This document shows, one piece after another, positions 53,454 through 64,000 of a stretch of 64,000 nucleotides of DNA. This stretch comes from Paragordius varius (Eukaryota; Animalia; Nematomorpha): positions 13,144,001-13,208,000 of the forward strand of contig OZ176051.1 of assembly GCA_964247055.1 (NCBI GenBank). The letters run 5' to 3'. The first letter of the stretch is position 1. The number at the start of each line of letters is the position of its first letter. The translations under genes were made by a program, and so were the position numbers. A model generated the notes under the pieces. It did not search any database. It was not told where the DNA came from and saw only the letters and a list, made by a program, of their open reading frames with translations.

Positions 53454-56137
53454 ATGAAAATTTTTTGGAATCCCACAAAACGGAACAAATTAGTTTTGGC
53501 ATGCCTCCTCGTGTCTTTAACCATGATATACCTGATGTATGATTCAAATCGGTCCGTACCTCCACAGAATATAGATAAAACAATAAATGCCATTACCTCA
53601 ATGTCCACACTTTCTGGTTTTACTCAAGGGGACTATAGTCCTTCGGCCATTTATAACCGATGTATTTGGTATCAAATAAAAAATGTATTTGATATAGGAA
53701 CAAACCAAAAATATCACAGGAAAAAAGATATTAATCCCAATCAAACAGATTCTCTTAAAATATTACATGGGAAAAATAATTTAGCCAATTTTACACCCCC
53801 TAATCTTAGGGGACAAGCACAAAAATCACTTATGGAACAAATTTTACCGTCATTTTTTGAATTATTTCCAGCATATTCTATCCAAAAATATAAAGGGAAT
53901 GAGGATATCACTTGCAATAAATATAGGAAAGAAAAATCATTTTCGGATCTTGAAAATATTGATAACATTTGTTTTGTGTATGGTCAACCGGTCAACATAA
54001 GTGCTATAAAAAAAGAATAATGAATTACTCAATTATATATATTCACGAAATAATTCCGAACATGATGAATTTGGCTCAAGGTTACTCCAATACATCAGTC
54101 AAGATTACCCATTAATTGATCTTCCGTCATTTCGTTACCTGATTAATGTTCGTTATCCCGAATGCGATAAGGATAAAAAATTATTACCATTGACAAATAA
54201 ATATTTTAGGCAAAAACAAAATGATAATAACCAAACAACTTTAAACAAAAAAGAGGCCATACCTCAGATGCTAACAAAAACCGTTGGTAACAAGATATTT
54301 CAAAGTAGTTTAAAGAAACTAATAACAACAGAAGATAACATAGATAGTAACAGCAATGGTAATGAAAACCGTCTCAATCTTGTTGTGTTAATTCATTCGG
54401 CACCTAAAAATTTTATGAAACGCAAAATAATTCGTCAAACATGGGGCACCATTAAATATTTAGGACATAAGAGGGCAAATTCATCCTATAATTACCCAAG
54501 TTTGGAATCGTTAGCCCTTGAAAATAAAAATATTATCAAGAGTCATACGTTGAGCTCCTTGTTTGCAATATTGATTGGGAACATGACTTTCTTGGATATG
54601 AACGTAAGGTTAGTTTTTTTAACGGCTCGCATGCTTATAGAGGGTGAGGAATATGTCCCGGATGTAAAGTCGTACCGATCTACGACGGTACCTAACTCTA
54701 TCTTAGCCATTCAAAGGAAACAACCCATTATAAAATACGCTGAGAGTTATGACAATAAAACTATATACTCCTCGGTATTTGCAAATGTTTCAACAACACC
54801 ATCGCCGGCCAAATTTAATTATAATATGTATCAAAATAAATGAATCTATTAATAAAATAACTCAAAGATTGCTAGAAACCGAATCTCTTCAGTATGGGGA
54901 TATAGTCCAGGGGGATTTTATTGATTCGTACAAAAATTTAACATATAAAATGATAATGGGTTTTAAGTGGATAAGCGAACAGTGCCCTTATGCCGATTAT
55001 GTCCTGAAAATCGATGATGATATTTTTGTTGAAATTTTCACGGTTTTTACCATATTAAACAAATATAAGGCCATGTCACAACTGTATGCTAACCTCTTTA
55101 GAAACAGGCAAACATGCGAAGAATTTACCCATATAACACCAAAAAATATGGGTTACGTGATAGAACAAGCTAAAATATTCACCGCCAAATATATGAACAC
55201 CCAGAAAACTAAGGATGGAATTAATGGCGGCCTTACACCGGAGGATAGAGAATGGGTGTATGATAGTATCGAACCGTTTACTTATGTGGCCCAAAACTTT
55301 GCACGTAACAGAACATTTAATGAATGCGTTTCTGACGAATATCCCGTAGAAAAACGCCCATCGGTATATCAGACTTTAAATACAAATATTAGTACACACA
55401 ACAAGGCTAGCAAAACAATGTGTAATACATGCAACCTCCTCAATGAAACTATCACCTCATATTATAAGCGAAAAGGGGCTAAAAGTTGGAATCCATTATC
55501 TGGCCCTCTGCCCAACATTCATAATGGCTTCCATTACACAGACATAAATAACTTACCACAAGATTACATGGAACAAGTAATTATGTGTAATGCATGGATT
55601 AAAGTGCCAGTCCTGCGAAATGTGAGATCAAAATGGTACGTCCCTAAGGCAGAGTATCAAGCTGATACCTATGTTCCATACTGTAATGGTTGGGCCTTTA
55701 TAATTACAATTCCCGCTGCTACAAAAATATTTTTACAGGCTCCGCTTTTTCCATACTTTTGGATTGATGATGCTCATGTGACTGGAACTATTGCCAATCA
55801 TTCTGGTGTTGTGTTGCGGAGATTAAATTCTCGCTTCTCATCTGACGGTTTACGTTCAAACTATACATGGTCTCCAACAACCTCAAATGAAAACTCCATG
55901 CAGGATTACGTTGAATTCCAAGACAATCAAGCTAGTACACCTCAGATCTCAAACAATACAAATATTACTATTAATAATAGAAGTGGCCCGTTCCTATTTA
56001 CCAAACAAAAAACTACTAAACAACTAAGCTTAAATAAGATTATATTTAATACATTTAAATCAAATGATTTAGAATTCCTAACTCTACAATGGAATAAAAT
56101 TTTAAAATTTTATCAAACACACTTTCTTATACTTTAA
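53454..56137 (+). CDS. GT31-family beta-1,3-galactosyltransferase-like protein (type II membrane) with two +1 frame breaks
   Basis: N-terminal TM; FRYLIN..C; LIHSAPKNFMKRKIIRQTWG; VRLVFL; YGDIVQGDFIDSYKNLTYK; KIDDD; YVPYCNG; FWIDDAHVTG. Frame switches near 54010-54020 and 54734-54843. Confidence 0.85.
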
Positions 56138-56534
56138 AAATAAAAAACTTTAATCTAATTTATTATGTTATTTTTGATCAATAAAATGTAGTTGGGACGA
56201 GAAGTGCGAAAAAACTTTTAATATCAAGTTATTAAAGATACAACTATCGTATAATCTATTTGTGTATATATTTCGAATTCAATAAATTCTAATTATCTTA
56301 TATTCTATCACATATTAGAGTTAACGTTTATTTTGGCCATTTGATCAAGTTTTAAAGTTTTAAATCATTAATTAAGCTCGATGGATCCTTTTGATTTTAT
56401 AACAAATCCATATTTTTGCAATTTAGCCAATGCAAGTCATAAAAATTGATCGTACATTAAAAATTATATTGAAAAATACTAAGTCCTTAATATAAAACTG
56501 CGTCCGAAATCGGGGGGTCTAAAAAATTAACCTG

Positions 56535-56586
<52 letters not shown>

Positions 56587-57397
56587 TTATAGGTAAATGA
56601 ATTAGGAGTTTCACGGTGTTTTTGGTTTTGGTCCTTATTGATTTAAGAAAGTTATATACACTTTTGTGGTAGGTGGGGCTCTGTCAGAAAATGGTTAAAT
56701 TTGCGCACATTTTAAATTTTTATAAAAGCTAAAAGCTTAATTCCAAAAAATATCACAAAAATATATTTTACACCATATGAAAAAAATAATATTTTTAAAA
56801 TACTTTAATTTTTAGATATGGGGTCCGAAATTCCCAAATTTATTACCCTTTAAAATGGTCTTGTCCTCTAAAATTAAACGAAAAAAACGCCGGAATCGCG
56901 TCATAAAAATTTTTAAGATATGCTAAATTTTGATTTAATTAAAATATTTTTAACAAAATGCATACCTTTTTCAAAAATTTAATTTTTAGAAAAATTTTGT
57001 TGAACGTACTTCACACTCTTTTGAGGCATGAAACGGTTTAAAAACGCTTTAAGATATAATAAAACACTTTTTTATATAATTTGTTGATGCTAAATTTTTG
57101 CCTTTATTTAAGAGGGTAGTCCAGTTTAAAAGAGCGTAAAAACTTGTGACTTTCGCACATATATAAAAATTAAAATTTTTTGAAAATATTGGTTTGTTTT
57201 AACATGTATATTATTATATATTTTAGTCATATTTTTGGTGAGCCTCTAGCTTTCTCCAAAAAAATTATCTAGGAAGTAGGCTTTGCTATTTTTTGATATG
57301 CTCCTACCACAAAAGTTTAAATAATTTTAAATAAATCGTAATGACCAAAACCAAAACCACCATTCCTGATAGATTTTCCTATCAGATTATATATATA

Positions 57398-58174
57398 CAA
57401 TTTACACTTCAAGAGTGTCCTTGAACAATTCAAGTTGGTCCTTGAACAATTCAAGTTGGTCCTTGAACAGTTCAAGTTGGTCCTTGAACAATTCAAGTTG
57501 GTCCTTGAACAATTCAAGTTGGTCCTTGAACAGTTCAAGTTGGTCCTTGAACAGTTCAAGTTGGTCCTTAAAATTTATAAATTTTGATTTAATCATAATT
57601 TTTGCATTTATTTTTTTATTTAATTATTTATTAACCTAATTTTCTTTATTTATTATATATTTATTCATTTAAAAATAAATTTTTTTATTGAAAAACCACT
57701 TTTTTTGTTTAAAACTATTTTTTTTTCAATTGAACAAAATTATTGACTTTTAAATGTTTTTTAATGAAAAATTTTAATTAATAACCCAGAAAACTTATAT
57801 ATATTTTCATTTCGTGTTAAAATCTTATAAATATCTAAATTTATTTTGAGAAATTAATAAAGATATACGGTTTTTCAAAGATTAAAAGTTGATATCGATT
57901 TAAAATTTATGTTAAATAATAGAAAATAGGTTAAAAACAATAAAATAGACGAATTATTTTCGATTTAATTGATAAAAGTTAAAAACAAAAACAAAAAAGT
58001 TAAAGGACCAACTTGAATTGTTCAAGGACCAACTTGAATTGTTCAAGGACCAACTTGAACTGTTCAAGGACCAACTTGAATTGTTCAAGGACCAACTTGA
58101 ACTGTTCAAGGACCAACTTGAATTGTTCAAGGACCAACTTGAATTGTTCAAGGACACTCTTGAAGTGTAAATGG
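57398..58174. mobile_element. MITE family D, youngest copy (777 bp)
   Basis: ~170-bp near-perfect TIRs, each with ~7 copies of the 21-bp unit; TA flanks. Confidence 0.9.
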
Positions 58175-58329
58175 TATATATATATATATATATTTCATCA
58201 GCTCAATTTTTGTATCACTGTATAATAGCCCTTTTTTGTCAATTAATTTTTAATTTATCAAATCGAAAATATATGTTGAATCTTTACATATGAAATATAA
58301 TTAAGAGTAGAGCGAAAACTAATAATTTC

Positions 58330-58825
58330 GATTTTTGGCCAGGCTTGTTTAAATTTATTTTTTTAAAAAATATATAATAAATCGAAACCATGGTAATAGT
58401 TGCACTCATTTTTAATGTACCGAAATATAAAGCAAAAAATTAAAAATATTTGTTATTACTTATTTAGAGGTACAACCTAAAGGTAAATTTTTACTAACAT
58501 GATATGTCTGCATAAGCTAAATACATAATGTAAAATATACCACTTTTTCTGATAAATGTTAAATGTGACTATAAAAATTTAAAATTAGTTTTGGGCTGAA
58601 AATCAAATATAAACGATATTTTGTAAAATGATGTCAAATAAAAATAGCGTCCCTGTAGTTTGCGGAACTTTGTTCCCAAAACTAAATTTTATTTAGATAC
58701 TATGGCTTATTTATATATTTTTTTGATATGAGCAAAATCAAACTGGAACCGTTTCTTTCGGAAGTTTTTTAAAAATATCAACTTAAATATGTCCAGGGTA
58801 TCCTATTAGAATCGAAGTTATAATT
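58330..58825. mobile_element. MITE family C, degenerate copy 3
   Basis: Internal similarity to 1650-2204 (ccatgg..ttgcactc, acctaaaggtaaa, gaatcgaag). Confidence 0.55.
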
Positions 58826-59129
58826 ATAATTAGTACAAAAAAATAACCAGATAATATATATATAGATAGATATAGCATGGATATAATTCCCGTGTAAAAT
58901 ACCGCATAAGGATTTATATGGTACTTTTAGTTTGGGGCCTTGTTGTAAGAAAGTTATAATTGCTCTATAAAAGTCACAAAGCTACACACATTTTATCATT
59001 CACAGACCCTTAAAATAGCGTCACTGTTACAAAAATATTTTAAGACGAAGAAATTAAAATTTTTTTAATATAGTATATAAATAAATATTAATTTAATATA
59101 TCAATATTATATACCATAACCACCTATTT

Positions 59130-61700
59130 CCCAGAAAAAAAGTTTTCCCAGACAATCGAAACATTTTCCCAGTCAATCGAATTTTTCCCAATCAATCGAA
59201 ACGAATTCCCAGTCTATCAAAACATTTTCTTAGTCAATAACAACATTTCCCAGTCAATAAAAACGGTTTATTAGATGATAAACATCCAAACAAGATATAA
59301 AAATAACTTTTATGAGCATATCAATAGGGTAAAACTTTTATAAAAACAAAATTATTGAGTGAAATTTTTCTAATCTATGCCAATACACAATCATTATTGA
59401 CTTATAAGTTTTTTGGTAACTTAATGAATATTTTATGGTTTTTGAGATGTTTTTTAAAAAAAAATTATCAGATTTTTCATACTTTTTCATTAATGTTCGG
59501 TAAAAATATTTCTAGTTTCATATAAAATAATAAAACTTTTAAAGAAATACAATTTACTCTATTTGGTCATGTAAAACGCTTTAAATTGGTTTTTAATATA
59601 AGTTTGTTGATATAAATACTGGAAAAAAATTTCTAAACAAAAAATATTTTTAAGTGAAAAAAGTTAAAATAAAATATTCAATAAAAAATAATATCCAATT
59701 AAAAGATAAACATATTTTATAAATTAAGGTAAAGGTTCAGATTAAAAAACTAATTTGAAGTATGACAAAATTGAGATGCAAATGGTGAATTTTTTTTATA
59801 GTCTCATCCGATACTGTAGATATTCTTAATTACCGAAAAATATTAATGCGAATCGATTTCAATTGGTAAAATAAAAAAATATATTTTTTATATCAAAAAC
59901 CATAAAATACTCATTTTAATAAAATATAACTTTTAAATAATTCATTAATGATTGTGTATGCATTTATAGAAAAAATTAATATGCCTTTGATAAACTATAA
60001 TGATAAAAAGTCATTTTATATCTTTTTTTGATGTTATCTCATCTATATATTTATAAAAATGGAAGATGCCGGCTTTGTGATCTGGTACAGGAAAACCGGT
60101 GGACCCATTCAAATCCAAATAGCGAAAAATAAGCATTAATGAATGCCCCGACAATAGCTTCGACCTTTTTTTGATTTAGGCCCCCAGTTCAGGCCTACCC
60201 CGTGTAAAAAATGGGTTTTTGAAAACAGAAGTCCACAAAAATCGTGTTTTTGAGACATTATTTCGGAGAACGTGCTGGACCATTTGATTTCAGATATAAT
60301 TTTTGTTTACTTATTTTCGACTGCGCCGAACATAGTCGTCTCACTTTTTTAATTTAGGCCCTCTTTTTACCCGCTCCCCCGTAAAATGCCATTTTTTTCA
60401 AAAAACAAAGCTCACAAAATAATTTTTTTGAATCTATTTTTCCTCAAAGGTACGTAAAAATTAACAAGGATTCTATGTATTCCCTGTTAAAAGGCAATAA
60501 TTTTAGTCAAGCGCTTCTTTGATGATAGCTGCTGGATAAGAAGCTACCCGCAAAAAACTGATCCGTCATGTGGCTTTGTGATCTGGTACCCGGTGGACCC
60601 ATTCAAATCCAAATAGCGAAAAATAAGCATTAATGAATGCCCCGACAATAGCTTCGCCCTTTTTTTGAATTAGGCCCCCAGTTCAGGCCTACCCCGTGTA
60701 AAAAATGGGTTTTTTTGAAAACAGAAGTCCACAAAAATCGTGTTTTTGAGACATTTTTTCGGAGAACGTGTTGGACCATTCGATTTCAGATATAATTTTT
60801 GTTTAATTATTTTCGATTGCGCCGAACATAGTCGTCTCACTTTTTTAATTTAGGCCCTCTTTTTACCCGCTCCCCCGTAAAATGCCATTTTTTTCAAAAA
60901 ACAAAGCTCACAAAATAATTTTTTTGAATTTATTTTTCCTCAAAGGTACGTAAAAATTAACAAGGATTCTACGTATTCCCTGTTAAAAGGCAATAATTTT
61001 AGTCAAGCGCTTCTTTGATGATAGCTGCTGGATAAGAAGCTACCCGCGAAAAACTGATCCGTCATGTGGCTTTGTGATCTGGTACCGGAAAACCGGTAGA
61101 CCCATTCAAATCCAAATAGCGAAAAATAAGTATTAATGAATGCCCCGACAATAGCTTCGCCCTTTTTTTGAATTAGGCCCCGAGTTCAGGCCTACCCCGT
61201 GTAAAAAATGGGTTTTTTTGAAAACAGAAGTCCACAAAAATCGTGTTTTTGAGACATTTTTTCGGAGAACGTGTTGGACCATTCGATTTCAGATATAATT
61301 TTTGTTTACTTATTTTCGACTGCGCCGAACATAGTCGAGTCACTTTTTTGAGGCTCTCTTTTTACCCGCTCCCCCGTAAAATGCCATTTATTTCAAAAAA
61401 CAAAGTCCACTAATTTTTTAAATCTATTTTTCCCCCAAGTAAACAAATCAGTATGAATGCACGGTTTTAAAATTCCTATGAGATCATAGCTATTAATTAA
61501 TGTTTCAAATAATTATATATGTGGATCATTTTATTGTACATTTTTTCAAATAGCCCCTCCCAGAAGTCCGAAGGGCCTCCTAGGGCTGCGCAGCAGCACG
61601 AGATTTACGCTAGTTTTATTATAAAATGTTTTTATTGACTGGGAAAATGTTTCGATTGCTTGGGATAGCGTTTCAACTGACTGGGCCATTTTTGAATGGA
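59130..61700. mobile_element. Foldback family G with 21-bp subterminal repeats, interrupted by a Helitron
   Basis: Array ttttcccagtcaatcgaaaca x6 at 59143-59262 and inverted x3 at 61632-61690; arm homology continues across the Helitron insertion point. Confidence 0.65.
60042..61613 (+). mobile_element. Non-autonomous Helitron (1572 bp) with a ~500-bp tandem repeat
   Basis: A|TCTATATATTTATAAAAATGG 5' end; gctgcgcagc hairpin then ...CGCTAG|T 3' end; repeat units start at 60071, 60572 and 61068. Confidence 0.88.
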
Positions 61701-62098
61701 AGGATAAAAAAGATGAATATACTCCGAAGAAAATATAAATATGGAAATACAATTAACATTTAATATAGATTAAAATAAAAAGTTACATTATGTATATTAA
61801 CGAATTCAATATTTTATCTTTATGCAATTATGTGTGTTCAGTTAAACAAAAAACTTATGTTCAAGTATAAAAATGATCGTTCACTAAGTTGTTTTACCTA
61901 TTGTAAAACGTATTTCCAAATAATAAATAAACACCTTTTTGGTTTAAAAATATCGTTAAAATGAGAAACAATATGATTTATTAAAATTGATATTATCCCA
62001 ATGTGGCGGATTATACAGATAGTAGGGCCATACCCGGGGGTACTAAAAAAGCGCTAATAAATTTTTGTGTCTTGCTAGGGATACCTAAAGTAACTAGG

Positions 62099-62109
<11 letters not shown>

Positions 62110-62134
<25 letters not shown>

Positions 62135-62183
62135 GTTATAGTCTCTTTTTTCCTTTTTTATTAAAGGGTAACCTAAATTTTCT
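62110..62183 (-). mobile_element. Severely 5'-truncated SINE/LINE 3' end with (TA)n tail
   Basis: Flanked by the 17-bp direct repeat ACTAGGTTATTTATATA (62093-62109 and 62184-62200); shares its tail with the 11246-11411 SINE. Confidence 0.75.
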
Positions 62184-63172
62184 ACTAGGTTATTTATATA
62201 CAAGCACAAAATAGGATATTGATAAATATGAAATATAAATATTCAATAATATTTTGATTCAAGCCTTACGTGATTTAAGCGAGTTACTTTGACTTTTGGC
62301 CGATCGTTCTATATCAAAAAATCCCAAAATCAATGCAAATTTTACTATATAAATATATAATAGATATGTTTGATGAAAGCTAGATACTTCCTTGCAAAAA
62401 CAAAATACGTTGCCTAAGCAAAGTCTGCTTTTAGATAAGATGAAACCGTTTTTGATGTCCGAATCTAGCATAGTTAACTATTATTGGGCAATTGACAATT
62501 TCCCCTTATATTAAGAAAACTAGCCCATGAAAATTAGATACCATTGCAACACACACATCAACTTTTGAAATATGGCTTTGATTTATGTATAGTTTATATA
62601 TTGAAAGGGAGCAGCTTTCATAAAAATTTATTTAATAATATGCGCTAATTTTGCCTTTTTTTAATGCAATTAGCAGAAAAATAAAACTATATTCTCAAAT
62701 GACTAGAAGGCCTTAAAACAAAAAAACCATTAGACTGTTTATAATATATATATACATTCAAGATTTTCTTCTGTGCGCTGCGTATATTAAAATAATTTTT
62801 ACATCTGAGCCTTTAAAACCATCATAATTAAGAATTGATCTTACTAATACTAATATATATTTTACACAATAAAATTTTTTGCCTGATAATTTATAATTTT
62901 ATTCTTAAAGGTAAAATATAATATCTATGTTATGAACTTTCAAATTGTATTTTAACCAATAATTTAAGATTGTGGCACATGATTACAAAGAATTAAGCTA
63001 AAATGTTTCCGGTATATAGTTTTAATGCTTTATTATTATTGACTTTACAATAAGCCATTGTCTCAAAGGAACAATAATCGCATGAAAATTAAAAATTATT
63101 GATCTCGTGTTAATGTTTTTTAATCAATAATTTTTATCCAAATATTGAATTTTCTCGTCCATATATAATCAT

Positions 63173-63391
63173 ATGATACCCGAATTTACCATCACTAAAC
63201 CCGAGGAATTTGTTAAAACATTAAACATTACAGAATGGATTAAAAAAGCCAAACTTTCTGAATGGCAAAAAATCGAAAGCGATTTGATAAGGTTTCACGA
63301 AAATTTTAGGAAAATGTCAAGAATAACGGACCATATTGATGGCGAAAAATTGCGTAAAGATATTGGCCATATTTTATCCCAAACAGACAAA
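63173..63391 (+). CDS. Exon 1 of an ankyrin-repeat protein (gene continues beyond the window)
   Basis: ATG with an upstream in-frame stop and no acceptor; phase-0 donor GTATGC at 63392. Confidence 0.65.
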
Positions 63392-63884
63392 GTATGCTTT
63401 TGAGTGTTGTAATAGCATCCGAACATTAATTTTTAAATAATATGTTTTATATGAATTATATATCTTTAATAAATTCTTATTTCACCTCAGTAAGTCTGAT
63501 ACTTCCAATATTTTAATATATGTTAAGATGCATAAATTTATTGATAATTTAATTAAAAAAACACAAAAGTAAAGATAATATAAGAAGCAACAAGCTTAAA
63601 AGTTTTGGGTTCAATATTGGGGTTATAAATTCTATCAATTGTTCAATAGGCAAATTAAGTGACAAACTATGTAAATTCCCATTTAATTATCAATTGGTTG
63701 TTAAAACTTATTAAAAATTGATGATCTTGACTCATTTTATTTAGTTACATGGTATATCTAATAATTGTGATAATAGCTTATGACCGCAAATAACTAAACA
63801 TTTATAAGTGTGAGACCGGTTGTTAAATGTCGAAAACCCTATTCTAATTCCAACTACTCTAGAATATATCATTTTATATTATAG

Positions 63885-63986
63885 AGTTCCAAACAAAACC
63901 TCTTACATTTTGGCCTTAGGGATAACAAAACTAACATTGTGGAAATTTTGATGGATTTTAACGTGGATGTTAATACAACCGATAAG
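63885..63986 (+). CDS. Exon 2 of the ankyrin-repeat protein
   Basis: TATAG acceptor; 34 codons SSKQNLLHFGLRDNKTNIVEILMDFNVDVNTTDK match one ankyrin repeat; GT donor at 63987. Confidence 0.75.
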
Positions 63987-64000
63987 GTATTCGATTTTTT

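Noticed and set aside
54007-54843. Stop-codon reassignment (alternative genetic code) as the explanation for the glycosyltransferase breaks
   Set aside because: Homology continues in a different frame, and TAA and TGA terminate the GPCR, MCM7 and this gene normally
53741-55294. Antisense or overlapping ORFs within real genes and TEs (e.g. 53741-53968, 55076-55294, 17036-17242, 48882-49097)
   Set aside because: Shadow ORFs of coding sequence on the other strand
57402-58160. 21-bp direct repeats as a CRISPR array, and ORFs such as LELFKDQ.../NCSRTNL.../SSWSLN... (also at 3350-3568, 39234-39438 and 43847-44068)
   Set aside because: The repeats are contiguous with no spacers, lie in MITE arms in eukaryotic DNA, and a 21-bp period trivially keeps frames open

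Overview
Very AT-rich, repeat-dense eukaryotic DNA from an invertebrate-type animal; the species cannot be assigned from the sequence alone. All gene models were built by hand. (1) A divergent class A GPCR on the minus strand has 2 exons (28195-27936 and 17899-16882) split by a 10,036-nt intron full of transposons. (2) A complete 16-exon MCM7 (33828-49082, 773 aa) has first and second introns of only 25 and 23 nt. (3) An unusually long GT31/beta-1,3-galactosyltransferase-like gene (53454-56137) is broken by two +1 frame discontinuities. (4) The first two exons of an ankyrin-repeat gene lie at the right edge. Mobile DNA includes a full-length decayed Ty3/gypsy (Mag-like) LTR element with TSD, PBS and PPT, and a full-length decayed hAT/Buster element with an 8-bp TSD. 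There are also non-autonomous Helitrons carrying satellite arrays, a tRNA-Glu-derived SINE with a (TA)n tail, LINE remnants, and many MITE/foldback families, several deeply nested. The most notable signals concern splicing: 23-25-nt GT-AG introns sit beside multi-kb introns, 5' splice sites prefer U at +4 and mostly lack G at +5, and the glycosyltransferase frame breaks could each be repaired by a micro-intron.
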